Source of the DNA: a virus
Lineage: Duplodnaviria > Heunggongvirae > Uroviricota > Caudoviricetes
Reading direction: 5' to 3' (one strand)
Length of the DNA: 64,000 nt
IMG/VR virus record: IMGVR_UViG_2875697941_000001
Shown: piece by piece, positions 42,470 to 57,744 of the stretch
Layout of the letters: each line of letters opens with the position of its first letter
Position numbering within the stretch: the stretch's first letter is position 1
Notes under the pieces: model-generated
Told to the model about the DNA's origin: nothing
Database searches by the model: none
What the model saw: the letters and a program-made list of their open reading frames with translations, nothing else
Made by a program: the position numbers and the translations under genes

Positions 42470-43769
42470 TTACACTGGTGTGTTCAGCAAATCGTTAACG
42501 GCATCAGATGCCGGGTTACCTGCAGCCAGTGGTGCCGGTGCCCCCTGCATCAGACGATCCAGCGCAGTGTCACTGCGCGCCTGTGCACTCTGTGGTGCAG
42601 CTGCCAGAATGCGGCGGGCCGTTTCCACGGTCATACCGGGGGTTTCGGCCAGCACACGTGCCTGTTCTTCGCGTCCGTGAGCTTCCTCACAGTTGAGGAT
42701 CCCCATAATGCGGCTGTTTTCTGCCGCAACCGCAGCGGTGATCTGCGCGTTCACGTCCGGCTGCGCCGCGCTGGCGTTTTCGCCCTCCGTCGCTTGCACC
42801 ACGTCAGTAACGTCAGCCTGCGAAGCAGTGGCTGAAACAGTTGTTGATTGAGTCTCTTTGGTCATTCGCCCTCCTGAGAGACGGGATTTACGTGCATCCA
42901 GTGCATCACGCATAACAGTGATCGCATCGGTGCTGTTGACAAGTTCATCAGCCAGTCCGGCATCAATGGCCTCCTGACCGCTGTACACTGCAGCCTCGGT
43001 ATCCAGCACAGCCTGCACGGACAGGCCGGTATATGCCGACACCTTCTGCGCAAACATCCGGCGGGTTGCATCCATCCGGGACTGCAGTGTCTCCCGGACA
43101 TCACCCGGTAGATGGCTGTAGGGGTTGCCATCCACCTTATGGCTGCCGCTGTAAATCAGCGTGATTTCCACGCCCTGTTTCTCCAGCGCAGCACCGTAAT
43201 TACTGTGAGCCATCATGACGCCGATGGAGCCTGTCCGGGCGGTCTGCGTGACCAGACGTCGGGAGGCGGCGCTGGCAAGCAACTGACCTGCACTGCAGTT
43301 CATGTCGTTGGCCAGCGCCCATACCGGCTTTATGTCACGCACACGGGCGATGATGTCAGCGCAGTCAAATGCCCCTGCCACCATCCCGCCTGGCGTATCC
43401 ATATCGAGCAGAATGCCGTCCACCATCGGGTCGCTGGCAGCCTGTTGCAGACGGGCGATAATGCCGTTGTAACCGGTCATCCCCGAATACGGCTGCAGCG
43501 CTCGCGTCCGGCTGACCAGCGTGCCGGACACCGGCAGCACGGCGATGCCGTTCATGACCTGATAACTGCGGGCCTGTCGTGGTCCGTCATCATCACCGGA
43601 TAACGCCAGCGCCGCGGGTGCCTCTCCGGCAGTCAGGCTGTCGCCGGATACTGCATCCGTCAGGCGACTGATCCCAAGCTGGCCTGCAAGCGCACAAAAG
43701 AAAACCCGCGCATAGGCGGGTTCAAGCATCAGCGGCTCATTAAAGGCCATGCTGGCAATATGCGGGAGA

Positions 43770-43789
<20 letters not shown>
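42470..43789 (-). CDS. C: head maturation protease / scaffold C
   Basis: 439 aa from GTG (TAELRNLPHIASMAF); overlaps the 3' end of B. Confidence 0.85.
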
Positions 43790-47470
<3,681 letters not shown>

Positions 47471-47496
<26 letters not shown>

Positions 47497-48016
47497 TCAG
47501 CAACCCCGGTATCAGTTCATCCAGCGCGGCTGCTTTGTTCATGGCTTTGATGATATCCCGTTTCAGGAAATCAACATGTCGGTTTTCCAGTTCCGGAAAA
47601 CGCCGCTGCACCGACAGGGGGATCCCGTCGAGAATACTGGCAATTTCACCTGCGATCCGCGACAGCACGAAAGTACAGAATGCGGTTTCCACCACTTCAG
47701 CGGAGTCTCTGGCATTTTTCAGCTCCTGTGCGTCGGCCTGCGCACGCGTAAGTCGATGGCGTTCGTACTCAATAGTCCCTGGCTGGAGATCTGTCTCGCT
47801 GGCCTGCCGCAGTTCTTCAACTTCCCGGCACAGCTTTTCGTTCTCAATTTCAGCATCCCTTTCGGCATACCATCTTATAACGGCGGCAGAGTCATAAAGC
47901 ACCTCATTACCCTTGCCACCGCCTCGCAGAACGGGCATTCCCTGTTCCTGCCAGTTCTGAATGGTACGGATACTCGCACCGAAAATGTCAGCCAGCTGCT
48001 TTTTGTTGACTTCCAT
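47471..48016 (-). CDS. nu1: terminase small subunit Nu1
   Basis: 181 aa; MEVNKKQLADIFGASIRTIQNWQEQGMP matches lambda Nu1. Confidence 0.9.
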
Positions 48017-48193
48017 TGTTCATTCCACGGCCAAAAACAGAGAAAGGAAACGACAGAGGCCCAAAAGCTCGTTTTCAGCACCTGTCGTTTCCTTTCTTTT
48101 CAGGGGGTATTTTAAATAAAAACATTAAGTTACGACGAAGAAGAACGGAAATGCCTTAAACCGGAAAATTTTCATAAATAGCGAAAACCCGCG

Positions 48194-48205
48194 AGGTCGC
48201 CGCCC
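48194..48205 (-). other. cos: cosN cohesive-end site
   Basis: AGGTCGCCGCCC is the reverse complement of the lambda 12-nt cohesive end GGGCGGCGACCT; cosB lies between here and nu1. Confidence 0.75.
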
Positions 48206-48404
48206 CGTAACCTGTCGGATCGCCGGAAAGGACCCGAAAAATGATAATAATTATCATCTACATATCACAACGTGCATCTACGCCATCAAACCACGTCAAA
48301 TAATCAATTATGACGCAGGTATCGTATTAATTGATCTGCATCAACTTAACGTAAAAACAACTTCAGACAATACAAATCAGCGACACTGAATACGGGGCAA
48401 CCTC

Positions 48405-48599
48405 ATGTCAACTAAGAACAGAACCCGCAGAACAACAACCCGCAACATCCGCTTTCCTAACCAAATGATTGAACAAATTAACATCGCTCTTGAGCAAAAA
48501 GGGTCTGGGAATTTCTCAGCCTGGGTCATTGAAGCCTGCCGTCGGAGACTAACGTCAGAAAAGAGAGCATATACATCAATCCAAAGTGATGATGAATAA
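48405..48599 (+). CDS. small DNA-binding-like protein (YlcI/DUF3950-like)
   Basis: 64 aa, basic N-terminus; position between bor and nu1 as in DLP12. Confidence 0.45.
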   Translation: MSTKNRTRRTTTRNIRFPNQMIEQINIALEQKGSGNFSAWVIEACRRRLTSEKRAYTSIQSDDE

Positions 48600-48961
48600 A
48601 CATCCCGGTTTCTTCCACCATCGCACCGGAAAAGCGACTATGAGGGTAACCCTGCGTCTGTCAGCACAGTAAAACCCGGTGTGCATCGTTTTTGATTATT
48701 CCCGCACACTCACGCAGAAGGAATTCCCCGTCGGGCTACGGTCATGGTTAATGCGGGAATACGGCGACGATACAGCGCAGCTAAAAGGGTAATGGACAGA
48801 AAGAGCGGTTTATTTCATTCCACAGGATTCTGAGTGCCCCCAACTTCCTCCAATAGTCTGAGCGTACACCTATATAGTTTTAATTTTCATCAATCCATTT
48901 AACTATCGTTTAATTGTTGTCACATAGGATTCTGCCGTTTTTAACAATGCAGGATAATAAG

Positions 48962-49255
48962 ATGAAAAAAATGTTGTTTTCTGCCGCTCTGGCAATGCTT
49001 ATTACAGGATGTGCTCAACAGACGTTTACTGTTGGAAACAAACCGACAGCAGTAACACCAAAGGAAACCATCACCCATCACTTCTTCGTTTCGGGAATTG
49101 GACAGGAGAAAACTGTTGATGCAGCCAAAATTTGTGGCGGCGCAGAAAATGTTGTTAAAACAGAAACCCAGCAAACATTCGTAAATGGATTGCTCGGTTT
49201 TATTACTTTAGGCATTTATACTCCGCTGGAAGCGCGTGTGTATTGCTCACAATAA
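48962..49255 (+). CDS. bor: serum-resistance lipoprotein Bor
   Basis: 97 aa; MKKMLFSAALAMLITGCAQQTF...EARVYCSQ matches lambda Bor. Confidence 0.85.
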   Translation: MKKMLFSAALAMLITGCAQQTFTVGNKPTAVTPKETITHHFFVSGIGQEKTVDAAKICGGAENVVKTETQQTFVNGLLGFITLGIYTPLEARVYCSQ

Positions 49256-49286
49256 TTGCATGAGTTGCCCATCGATATGGGCAGCT

Positions 49287-49748
49287 CTATCTGCACTGCT
49301 CATTAATATACTTCTGGGTTCCTTCCAGTTGTTTTTGCATAGTGATCAGCCTCTCTCTGAGGGTGAAATAATCCCGTTCAGCGGTGTCTGCCAGTCGGGG
49401 GGAGGCTGCATTATCCACGCCGGAGGCGGTGGTGGCTTCACGCACTGACTGACAGACTGCTTTGATGTGCAACCGACGACGACCAGCGGCAACATCATCA
49501 CGCAGAGCATCATTTTCAGCTTTCGCATCAGCTAACTCCTTCGTGTATTTTGCATCGAGCGCAGCAACATCACGCTGACGCATCTGCATGTCAGTAATTG
49601 CCGCGTTCGCCAGCTTCAGTTCTCTGGCATTTTTGTCGCGCTGGGCTTTGTAGGTAATGGCGTTATCACGGTAATGATTAACAGCCCATGACAGGCAGAC
49701 GATGATGCAGATAACCAGAGCGGAGATAATCGCGGTTACTCTGTTCAT
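49287..49748 (-). CDS. Rz: i-spanin Rz
   Basis: 153 aa from [17 protein letters not shown]; matches lambda Rz. Confidence 0.85.
   Translation of the reverse strand: MNRVTAIISALVICIIVCLSWAVNHYRDNAITYKAQRDKNARELKLANAAITDMQMRQRDVAALDAKYTKELADAKAENDALRDDVAAGRRRLHIKAVCQSVREATTASGVDNAASPRLADTAERDYFTLRERLITMQKQLEGTQKYINEQCR
49346..49528 (-). CDS. Rz1: o-spanin lipoprotein Rz1 (embedded in Rz, +1 frame)
   Basis: 60 aa; lipobox VVVGCTS; proline-rich [15 protein letters not shown]. Confidence 0.75.
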   Translation of the reverse strand: MRKLKMMLCVMMLPLVVVGCTSKQSVSQCVKPPPPPAWIMQPPPDWQTPLNGIISPSERG

Positions 49749-50239
49749 TGCTGACCCCACAAACAGATTTCACGCTCAATCTCACGACGAGTCATGAGAC
49801 CTTTCCATTGCTTACCGCCAGCATATGTCCAGCGACGTAGCTGATCACATGCGCCTTTGATATCGCCCTGGTTTATTTTGCGAAGAAGCGTCGATGTTCT
49901 GAAATTGCCAGCACCCACGTTGTAAACGAATGAGTAAAGAGCGCCGCGCGTTGTTTCCGGTATATCGACTTCGATGTACGGGTTAATTTGTCTGGCGACA
50001 GTGGCAAGGTCTTTATTCAAGAGTGCTTTGCATTCTGCTTTGGTATACGTTTTACCGAGCATGATGTCTTTTCCTGTATGCCCGTGACATACAGTCCATA
50101 CACCAACAATATCTTTGTATGGTATGTAGCTGACACCTTCCAGACCATCGTTACCACTTGGGCCAGTGATTAACACTGATGCTATAGCAATTGCTCCGCC
50201 ACCAATAGCAGCAACGGCTTTTCGTAATGATGGAGGCAT
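49745..50239 (-). CDS. R: SAR endolysin (phage-21/P1-type lysozyme)
   Basis: 164 aa; N-terminal Gly/Ala-rich SAR helix ([19 protein letters not shown]); not the lambda R transglycosylase. Confidence 0.8.
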   Translation of the reverse strand: MPPSLRKAVAAIGGGAIAIASVLITGPSGNDGLEGVSYIPYKDIVGVWTVCHGHTGKDIMLGKTYTKAECKALLNKDLATVARQINPYIEVDIPETTRGALYSFVYNVGAGNFRTSTLLRKINQGDIKGACDQLRRWTYAGGKQWKGLMTRREIEREICLWGQQ

Positions 50240-50454
50240 TATTCACCTCTCGCAGCCTTGCGCTTATCTTCTTTAATCTTGAAATAAAGGTTTGTCAGGT
50301 ACGTCAGCAGGCCAAATACCAGGCTACCCAGCACACCTATTGCTGCCCACTGTGAGGGCGTGACTTTATCGAGCAGCTGTAAAAACCAGTAACCGGCACT
50401 ACCTGCTGAGGTGCCATAGGCGACACCCGTTGTTAACTTATCCATGGATTTCAT
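50239..50454 (-). CDS. S: pinholin (phage-21 S-like)
   Basis: 71 aa from [23 protein letters not shown]; two TM segments, basic C-terminus. Confidence 0.75.
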
Positions 50455-51042
50455 AACCCCACCTCGCAGACAAAGCGGGTGTAAATTGAGGGAATACAAC
50501 GTATCGCAAAAAAGCAGAAACGTAACAGACTCGGAGTCAGTGAATAACTCAGGTATTGAGTTATCAGCTAATATCGAGACTCAAAAAATGGAAAAACCAG
50601 CTCGACGGCGGGTTTAAGCTGTGTGACGAAGTAACCACTCTTAACAGCATAACCAATTTTTTACGTACGTAAACCACTGAATGATATTTATGAGAATGCT
50701 ACCGAGTGTTCAAAACACCACCACAAATACATAAGAAAACCTCAACAAATAACCAATAAATAATTTCAGACGTTATTTTTAGTTGATTTAAATTAAACTG
50801 CTGAATTATAGAACCTCCATAAATAACAACCATTAATATAAATTAGCTAATAGGTTTATTTTTGTTCAAATAAGAGCCATAAATAGGTTTCGATAGAAAA
50901 AGTTCAGATAAAAATAGAGATCTACTTCACAAATTAAATGAGAAACTAAAACTTACATCTTGAAATAATCACATTGATTAGATGAATATTTATCGCGCAG
51001 TGACATCATTTTTTAATAATAGTTCAAAAAAAAGGGCTCACG

Positions 51043-52140
51043 ATGAAAAAATTAACAGTGGCAATTTCTGCTGTAGCTGCATCAGTACTGATGGCGATGT
51101 CTGCTCAGGCAGCTGAAATTTATAATAAAGACAGTAACAAGCTGGATCTGTACGGGAAAGTTAATGCCAAGCACTACTTCTCCTCTAATGATGCAGATGA
51201 TGGTGATACTACTTATGCCCGTCTTGGCTTCAAAGGTGAAACCCAAATCAACGATCAACTGACTGGTTTCGGTCAGTGGGAATATGAATTCAAAGGCAAC
51301 CGCGCTGAATCTCAAGGTTCCTCCAAAGACAAAACCCGTCTTGCATTTGCAGGCCTGAAATTCGGTGACTACGGCTCAATCGATTACGGCCGTAACTACG
51401 GTGTAGCATACGACATCGGTGCGTGGACTGACGTTCTGCCAGAATTCGGTGGCGATACCTGGACCCAAACAGATGTGTTCATGACTGGTCGCACCACTGG
51501 TGTTGCAACCTATCGTAACAACGACTTCTTTGGTCTGGTTGATGGTCTGAACTTTGCTGCTCAGTACCAAGGCAAAAACGATCGTAGCGATTTCGATAAC
51601 TACACTGAAGGTAACGGTGATGGCTTCGGTTTCTCTGCTACCTATGAATACGAAGGATTCGGTATCGGTGCAACTTATGCGAAATCTGATCGTACCGACA
51701 CTCAAGTTAATGCAGGGAAAGTTCTTCCTGAAGTATTTGCTTCCGGTAAAAATGCAGAAGTTTGGGCCGCAGGTCTGAAATATGACGCTAACAACATTTA
51801 CCTGGCCACTACCTATTCTGAAACCCAGAATATGACTGTATTTGCTGATCACTTCGTTGCTAATAAAGCCCAAAACTTCGAAGCTGTTGCACAATATCAG
51901 TTCGATTTCGGTCTGCGTCCGTCCGTTGCTTACCTGCAATCTAAAGGTAAGGATCTTGGAGTATGGGGCGATCAGGACTTAGTCAAATATGTTGATGTAG
52001 GTGCAACCTATTACTTCAACAAAAATATGTCTACTTTCGTTGATTACAAAATCAACCTGCTTGACAAAAATGACTTCACTAAAGCACTCGGTGTAAGCAC
52101 TGATGACATCGTTGCTGTAGGTCTGGTTTACCAGTTCTAA
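51043..52140 (+). CDS. phage-encoded outer membrane porin (Lc/NmpC-like)
   Basis: 365 aa; signal peptide; OmpC/F-like sequence ending GLVYQF; opposite strand between Q and lysis genes. Confidence 0.9.
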   Translation: MKKLTVAISAVAASVLMAMSAQAAEIYNKDSNKLDLYGKVNAKHYFSSNDADDGDTTYARLGFKGETQINDQLTGFGQWEYEFKGNRAESQGSSKDKTRLAFAGLKFGDYGSIDYGRNYGVAYDIGAWTDVLPEFGGDTWTQTDVFMTGRTTGVATYRNNDFFGLVDGLNFAAQYQGKNDRSDFDNYTEGNGDGFGFSATYEYEGFGIGATYAKSDRTDTQVNAGKVLPEVFASGKNAEVWAAGLKYDANNIYLATTYSETQNMTVFADHFVANKAQNFEAVAQYQFDFGLRPSVAYLQSKGKDLGVWGDQDLVKYVDVGATYYFNKNMSTFVDYKINLLDKNDFTKALGVSTDDIVAVGLVYQF

Positions 52141-52329
52141 TCTGATTACGAAAAAGATATGTTGCGGGAGGCGTTGCCTCCCCAACATATAAGTGGCTCC
52201 CTCAAGCCACTTCCTTTAGAAGCACAACCTTGCTTCTAACTATATAAACCTTCTGTTATATATTACCCTTTATTTTTGGGGGCGTCTCAACGCCCCATTT
52301 TTAATAACTTTTAGTAAATAATTGGCATA

Positions 52330-52713
52330 TTAATTAGAGTTATTAACAACGATATCCATCTCTAACCGGATATCTAATGCCATTAACATCCCTTCAATTA
52401 TGCCCTCAGCCTTCTGTAACCTTTTCCCGATATAACCATCAGAGCAGCAATGCTTACCTGCCAGTGACATGAATGTCATACCGACTACATAATAATCTAC
52501 TAATAAATCATGCAAATCGCTGTTGTTCTTTTTCAGACGGGCCATGCACCCGCAAATGATCATCGCGTCATCGTCACAACATTGTGGGCGAGATTTTACT
52601 TTTGAAGGAATTAATCCCTTAAAACCGGCGGCAATGGACGACCAGGTCACATCTTCATGATTATTAGCCGCCCACGCTCCCCAACGCTCAAGAACCATCT
52701 GAATATCACGCAT
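52330..52713 (-). CDS. Q: late antiterminator Q (QuuD/phage-21-type)
   Basis: 127 aa from MRDIQMV; Cys-rich; upstream of hairpins and lysis genes. Confidence 0.6.
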   Translation of the reverse strand: MRDIQMVLERWGAWAANNHEDVTWSSIAAGFKGLIPSKVKSRPQCCDDDAMIICGCMARLKKNNSDLHDLLVDYYVVGMTFMSLAGKHCCSDGYIGKRLQKAEGIIEGMLMALDIRLEMDIVVNNSN

Positions 52714-52935
52714 CAACTTACTCCACAAAACTCAGACCAGAACGCCAATTACAAGCAAAAATCAACAAAACAGTATTAGTTGATTGTTATCTCTGACTTC
52801 ATACTCCTGCTCCTGTCAGTGTTTTGGCGTAATTCTTCAGTATTCGGTAATCGGTCAAAACAGAACCGGGGAAACGATATAAGCGCAGGCGCATCCAGCG
52901 GTGGCGAAGAAGTTCTGCCATATAAAACTCAAACA

Positions 52936-53298
52936 TCATTCATCTCCCTGTTCAGTGATGGTCAGTTCCAGCTTTCCACCTTTGACAACCGGCATCTTCA
53001 CAACGCGGTAATCAACGACCTGAGCATCATCCAGCCAGAAACCTGCTTTGGTGAGTGCGTCAAAAGCGGCCTTTTGTAGATTATCCAGGTCACGGCGACG
53101 GCGATCCGGCATGTGACACTCAATGCGGATTTTCACAGGCATAGCCAGGCCGATATCCAGCATTGCGTTTTTAATGATTCGGGCGACGTTTTCGCGGTAT
53201 GCCTGCCCCTCTGCGCTGATGTGCGTGCGCCCGCGATTATGGCGGTAATAGCGATTATTGCTCGGCGGCCAGGGTAATGTGATATTGTAGGTATTCAC
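52936..53298 (-). CDS. rusA: Holliday junction resolvase RusA
   Basis: 120 aa; matches recalled RusA family sequence. Confidence 0.85.
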   Translation of the reverse strand: MNTYNITLPWPPSNNRYYRHNRGRTHISAEGQAYRENVARIIKNAMLDIGLAMPVKIRIECHMPDRRRRDLDNLQKAAFDALTKAGFWLDDAQVVDYRVVKMPVVKGGKLELTITEQGDE

Positions 53299-53504
53299 GC
53301 CTTAATAACCCCCTCTTTCAGCCAGATAAACTGTGTTCTCGCCATACCTTCCAGCGCGCATTCTTTTGCATATGCAGCATCGACTTGCTTGGCATGCCCT
53401 TTACCGGCAATCTTCTGTATGCGCTAAACCTAGATAGAATCCACTCTGTGCACATTGAAGCCCGCTCTATGCTTCCTTTCAGGTATTGAAGGGATTGAGA
53501 TGGG

Positions 53505-53849
53505 CTAAGCATTATTGGCCTCCTGCATCAGGAGAAAGACAATCATGGCGGCGCGGAGAGGTCTGGTATCAAATATTGGGCTTACGCCTTTTGCATCCAC
53601 ACACCATTCAGTTAACTGGTCTAAGATAGAAATCCTGTATTTCTCAATAATCGGCCATGAAGCGCTCGGATCATTGCAGTAGTCAGGCAAATGATTTAAT
53701 GGCTCAAAAGTTGTATCAGCATTTCCGTAATACCATTTGTTGGTGTTATTCCCTGATGTTTCCGGTTTACTTGCCCAAAGGCCTTTAAAAATTATGTCTC
53801 CTACCATTCTGTTAATTTCAAAATCACTTAACTGTGAATAATCCATTGT
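53505..53849 (-). CDS. hypothetical nin-region protein
   Basis: ~114 aa from MTMDYSQ; start adjacent to ninE-like stop. Confidence 0.4.
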   Translation of the reverse strand, partial: TMDYSQLSDFEINRMVGDIIFKGLWASKPETSGNNTNKWYYGNADTTFEPLNHLPDYCNDPSASWPIIEKYRISILDQLTEWCVDAKGVSPIFDTRPLRAAMIVFLLMQEANNA

Positions 53850-54025
53850 CATTTCCTCGCACGATATCTTAGCCACCGGATATCCCACAGGTGAGCTGTG
53901 TAATTGAAGGTTTTTACGTCAGATTCTTTTGGGATTGGCTTGCGTTTATTTCTGGAGCGTTTCGTTGGAAGGTATTTGCAGTTTTCGCAGATGATGTCGG
54001 TGAAACTTCGTCGCTGTCGCCTCAT
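53849..54025 (-). CDS. ninE: NinE-like small basic protein
   Basis: 58 aa from internal Met ([19 protein letters not shown]...); start overlaps methyltransferase stop. Confidence 0.5.
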   Translation of the reverse strand: MRRQRRSFTDIICENCKYLPTKRSRNKRKPIPKESDVKTFNYTAHLWDIRWLRYRARK

Positions 54026-54552
54026 GCCGCCCTCCTGACGCCCTGCCCGATCGCCATCAATGCCGCTTTGGATACGGTAGTAAACATCCGTCGAGGACTG
54101 ATGAACGGTCGCCAAATCAGCAGCATGGAGCCTTTGCTGTTTCCCTTCTTCTCCAGCCCTGTCGATGGTTCGATAAAATTAATCCGTCCATCAGTGATAA
54201 TGCGAACTTCGTCGACACTCTCCAGAGCCTTGCTGAACCATCCGACTGACATATCCTCTGGCACAAGCATAACTACCGTCTGTCGCTGTTGTATGCACTG
54301 CTCAGCAGCTTTTTCCACCCACGGCCTGATATTGCTGTACGGTGGGTTATTCCAGATTGCACCGTGGCTTACCCACTCAGAATTGAGCGCGTCGTCGGCC
54401 TCAGTTAGCCAGTGAGCACACAGAGCATTTTTGTCGCTCGCTGCCGAATCCAGCCAGAATCCAAACTCAATATCCAGTGCATCAAAAAGCCAAAGCGGCG
54501 TTTGCCAGCAGTCCTTGTCGTGTGCTGGCGTATTTGATTTGATAGTCATGCA
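54022..54552 (-). CDS. phage N6-adenine DNA methyltransferase (orphan)
   Basis: ~176 aa from MTIKSNT; NPPY catalytic motif; nin region, overlaps ninB stop. Confidence 0.8.
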   Translation of the reverse strand, partial: CMTIKSNTPAHDKDCWQTPLWLFDALDIEFGFWLDSAASDKNALCAHWLTEADDALNSEWVSHGAIWNNPPYSNIRPWVEKAAEQCIQQRQTVVMLVPEDMSVGWFSKALESVDEVRIITDGRINFIEPSTGLEKKGNSKGSMLLIWRPFISPRRMFTTVSKAALMAIGQGVRRAA

Positions 54553-54986
54553 GCCCGATCTCCCCATCTCGCTTTCCACTCCAGAGCCAGTCTCGCTTCG
54601 TCTGACCACTTAACGCCACGCTCTGTACCGAATGCCTGTATAAGCTCTAATAGCTCCGCAAATTCGCCTACACGCATCCTGCTGGTTGACTGGCCTATTA
54701 CCACAAAGCCATTCCCGGCAAGGTTAGGAACAACATCCTGCTGCTTTAATGCTGCGGTAAACACACACTTCCAGCTTTCTGCATCCAGCCAGCGACCATG
54801 CCATTCAACCTGACGAGAGACGTCACCTAAGCAGGCCCATAGCTTCCTGTTTTGGTCTAAGCTGCGGTTGCGTTCCTGAATGGTTACTACGATTGGTTTG
54901 GTTGGGTCTGGAAGGATTTGCTGTACTGCGTGAATAGCGTTTTGCTGATGTGCTGGAGATCGAATTTCAAAGGTTAGTTTTTTCAT
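54546..54986 (-). CDS. ninB: recombination protein NinB
   Basis: 146 aa from MKKLTFEIRSPAHQQNAIHAVQQIL; matches lambda NinB. Confidence 0.85.
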   Translation of the reverse strand: MKKLTFEIRSPAHQQNAIHAVQQILPDPTKPIVVTIQERNRSLDQNRKLWACLGDVSRQVEWHGRWLDAESWKCVFTAALKQQDVVPNLAGNGFVVIGQSTSRMRVGEFAELLELIQAFGTERGVKWSDEARLALEWKARWGDRAA

Positions 54987-55059
54987 GACTTCCCTCTCCC
55001 CCAAATAAAAAGGCCTGCGATTACCAGCAGGCCTGTTATTAGCTCAGTAATGTAGATGG

Positions 55060-55350
55060 TCATCTTTTAACTCCATATACCGCCAATACCCGTTTCATCG
55101 CGGCACTCTGGCGACACTCCTTAAAAATCAGGTTCGTGCTCATCTTTCCTTCCCGTTCTTCCCTGGTAGCAAACCGGTAATACACCGTTCGCCAGACCTT
55201 ACCTTCGATAACCAGAAGACCTGCCCGTGCCATTTTAGCCGCGGCCTGATTTATGCTGGTTACTGTTGCGCCTGTTAGCGCGGCAACGTCCGGCGCACAG
55301 AAGCTATTATGCGTCCCCAGGTAATGAATAATTGCCTCTTTGCCCTTCAT
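55060..55350 (-). CDS. ren: Ren
   Basis: 96 aa; near-identical to recalled lambda Ren. Confidence 0.8.
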   Translation of the reverse strand: MKGKEAIIHYLGTHNSFCAPDVAALTGATVTSINQAAAKMARAGLLVIEGKVWRTVYYRFATREEREGKMSTNLIFKECRQSAAMKRVLAVYGVKR

Positions 55351-56048
55351 ACACTTGCTCCTTTCAGTCCGAACTTAGCTTTAATTTCTGCGATCTTCGC
55401 CAGAGCCTGTGCACGATTTAGAGGTCTACCGCCCATAACAGGAAGTTGTTTTACTGGTTCAGGTATCGTCTCACCACGGTTAATTCGCGCTGTCATACAG
55501 GTCAGTTCATCGGCAGCCTTGCGCCGTAATTCCGCATCAGTAAGCGCATTGGCCCGCATGTTCTGATACAGGTTGGTAACCAGCCAGTAGTGCGCGTTTG
55601 ATTTCCACGGATAAGACTCCGCATCCGGATACAGGCCTCGCTTCCGGCAATACTCGTAAACCATATCAACCAGCTCGCTGACGTTTGGCAGTCCGGCGAT
55701 AACGGATGCTTCTTCCCGGCACCATGCAACAAACTGCCCGGGTGATGGCAGAAATGGTCGATTCTGCCGACGGGCTACGCGCATTCCTGCGTTAACCTGT
55801 TCCATCGTGGTGATCCCGTTTTCCCGAAAAGCCAGAACCCACTGGCGACGGATTTCGTTCAGTTCGTTCTGGTCACGGTTAGCCAGACTCGCCGGGAAAG
55901 TTGCCAGTAACTGGCTGAACACACCGTTGATGATCTGCGCTACCTGCTGTACCTGCGGCTTTTCGTCGTACTGTTCCGGCATGTTGTTGGCGATCCGACG
56001 CATCTGCTCACGGTCAAAGTCAACCATCTGTGCGGCGATGTTTTTCAT
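55347..56048 (-). CDS. P: replication protein P (DnaB helicase loader)
   Basis: 233 aa; lambda P length and sequence. Confidence 0.9.
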   Translation of the reverse strand: MKNIAAQMVDFDREQMRRIANNMPEQYDEKPQVQQVAQIINGVFSQLLATFPASLANRDQNELNEIRRQWVLAFRENGITTMEQVNAGMRVARRQNRPFLPSPGQFVAWCREEASVIAGLPNVSELVDMVYEYCRKRGLYPDAESYPWKSNAHYWLVTNLYQNMRANALTDAELRRKAADELTCMTARINRGETIPEPVKQLPVMGGRPLNRAQALAKIAEIKAKFGLKGASV

Positions 56049-56944
56049 AGATCCACCCCGTAAATCCAGTCTGTGTTTGTCAGGTCGAGTTTTGGTTTGC
56101 TGGCTGTCACGACTGCCTGTTGCTTGTTACGGTTGATTTCGAGCTGGGTCCACTTGTCGCGGAGTTTGGCCGGGCTAAGCACGTTACCGGACCAGAAGTT
56201 GTCCTGGCATGCCCAGCGGAACAGTACACACATGTCGCGATGGTTACGTCCGTCACGTTCACGCATCAGGCGGATATCGTTAGCCCACCCAGCAAAATTC
56301 GGTTTTCTGGCTGATGGTGCGATAGTCTTCACCATGTCAAACATCCACTCTGCGGCGGTCAGGTCTTCTGCTGTCCCCCACTTGCTGCCGCTCTGAATTG
56401 CAGCATCCGGTTTCACCACAGAAAGGTCGTTTTCTGGCTGGTCAGAGGATTCGCCAGAATTCTCTGACGAATAATCTTTTCTTTTTTCTTTTGTAATAGT
56501 GTCTTTTGTGTCCCCCTGTTTTGAGGGATAGCAATCCCCCAATTTGAGGGATGTTTTATCCCTCGTTTTAGGGGATTTTCCCTCGTTTTGAGGGATACAC
56601 CATTCTGAGATGTTTTTATTTGGTCCAAACATGCCGCCTTGCTGCTTGATAATATTCATTCTGACGAGTTCTAACTTGGCTTCATTGCACCGTTTGACGG
56701 GTAACTTTGTAATCTCGCTAAGTTGAGAATCGGTGATTCTGTCCATTGGTTTATTCCACCCATAGGTTTTACGCAGAATGGCAAGCAGCACTTTAAACTG
56801 TCGCTTGGTCAGATCTGCGCCCGAATAAGCCTCAAGCAGCATATTTGATAGTCTGGCGTAACCATCATCGAGATCTGCCACATTACGCTCCTGTCCGGCA
56901 AAGTTACCTCTGCCGAAGTTGAGTATTTTTGCTGTGTTTGTCAT
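56045..56944 (-). CDS. O: replication initiator O
   Basis: 299 aa; contains ori iterons inside the coding region. Confidence 0.9.
   Translation of the reverse strand: MTNTAKILNFGRGNFAGQERNVADLDDGYARLSNMLLEAYSGADLTKRQFKVLLAILRKTYGWNKPMDRITDSQLSEITKLPVKRCNEAKLELVRMNIIKQQGGMFGPNKNISEWCIPQNEGKSPKTRDKTSLKLGDCYPSKQGDTKDTITKEKRKDYSSENSGESSDQPENDLSVVKPDAAIQSGSKWGTAEDLTAAEWMFDMVKTIAPSARKPNFAGWANDIRLMRERDGRNHRDMCVLFRWACQDNFWSGNVLSPAKLRDKWTQLEINRNKQQAVVTASKPKLDLTNTDWIYGVDL
56511..56596. repeat. ori-lambda iterons (four ~19 bp O-binding repeats) with adjacent AT-rich tract
   Basis: Four copies of TCCCTCGTTTTGAGGGAT-like inverted-repeat units. Confidence 0.8.
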
Positions 56945-56976
56945 AATGACTCCTGTTGATAGATCCAGTAATGACC

Positions 56977-57273
56977 TCAGAACTCCATCTGGATTTGTTC
57001 AGAACGCTCGGTTGCCGCCGGGCGTTTTTTATTGGTGATTTCATCAAGCGCATACTTAAAAGCTCTGCTAATCGGACTGAGGTCTGATGCCATGCCAAAA
57101 GCACACAAGACCGAAGCTATAAACCTCCAGTCTGTTCTGCTTATCTTCGATTCATGACAGCCAATCATCTTTGCCAGACCGCGCTGAGTAAGCGTTGACA
57201 GGTTGATAAGTAAATCTGTTTCTGCGCGATCAACGTCGCGCTGTGATAGTTTGCTGTAATTTGTTTGTTCCAT
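56977..57273 (-). CDS. cII: transcriptional activator CII
   Basis: 98 aa; C-terminus ...TNKKRPAATERSEQIQMEF matches lambda CII, N-terminus diverged. Confidence 0.8.
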   Translation of the reverse strand: MEQTNYSKLSQRDVDRAETDLLINLSTLTQRGLAKMIGCHESKISRTDWRFIASVLCAFGMASDLSPISRAFKYALDEITNKKRPAATERSEQIQMEF

Positions 57274-57414
57274 TTCTTAAGATTTCCAATAGTGAATAGT
57301 TAGTTGAAAGGTATGCGTGGAAACGCATATGGCCTTAGTTGGTCAGATATCTTGGGGCTCGCTTTTCAGCGACGTAGGACGAATGTCCGTTGTTACAAAG
57401 AGCGGCTCCGCTTA

Positions 57415-57630
57415 TTAAGCGGCTTTGTGCTCCGGCGGGAACACGTCATCAAGACTTACTTTTGCGCCTAACTTGTTTAGACACGCAACAAGAGCACGGC
57501 ATGTTTTAAGGTCTGGGAAGCGACGACCAGATTCCCAATGTCCGATAGCTCCCTGTGTGCATCCAACTGCCTTAGCAAGTGTTGTTTGAGAGATATTCAG
57601 TGACTCTCGATATTTTCGTAGGTTGCTCAT
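57415..57630 (-). CDS. cro: Cro-like HTH repressor
   Basis: 72 aa from MSNLRKYRESLNISQTTLAKAVGC; GGAGGG RBS; divergent from cI. Confidence 0.7.
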   Translation of the reverse strand: MSNLRKYRESLNISQTTLAKAVGCTQGAIGHWESGRRFPDLKTCRALVACLNKLGAKVSLDDVFPPEHKAA

Positions 57631-57639
57631 ATGCCCTCC

Positions 57640-57744
57640 ATAGTAACCATGAAGAAAAAAATACAATATGTACTTTTTTAATGCAAGCAAAAATACACAT
57701 TGTGCATGGATGGTTGCAATACAGAGCGTAATAATAAGGACATG
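57640..57744. promoter_or_regulatory. OR region: candidate operators and divergent pR/pRM
   Basis: Near-palindromic TACAATATGTA (57662-57672) and TACACATTGTG between cro and cI. Confidence 0.45.

Noticed and set aside
52141-52330. Hairpin cluster between the porin gene and Q, considered as tRNA
   Set aside because: No cloverleaf-compatible arrangement seen by eye; more consistent with the pR'/qut/tR' late-leader region and a porin terminator. Checkable with tRNAscan-SE
53318-53512. 64-aa ORF between rusA and the nin-region hypothetical gene
   Set aside because: Implausible composition and overlap with neighbours; a shorter gene in another frame (ylcG-like) may exist but is below the ORF-track cutoff
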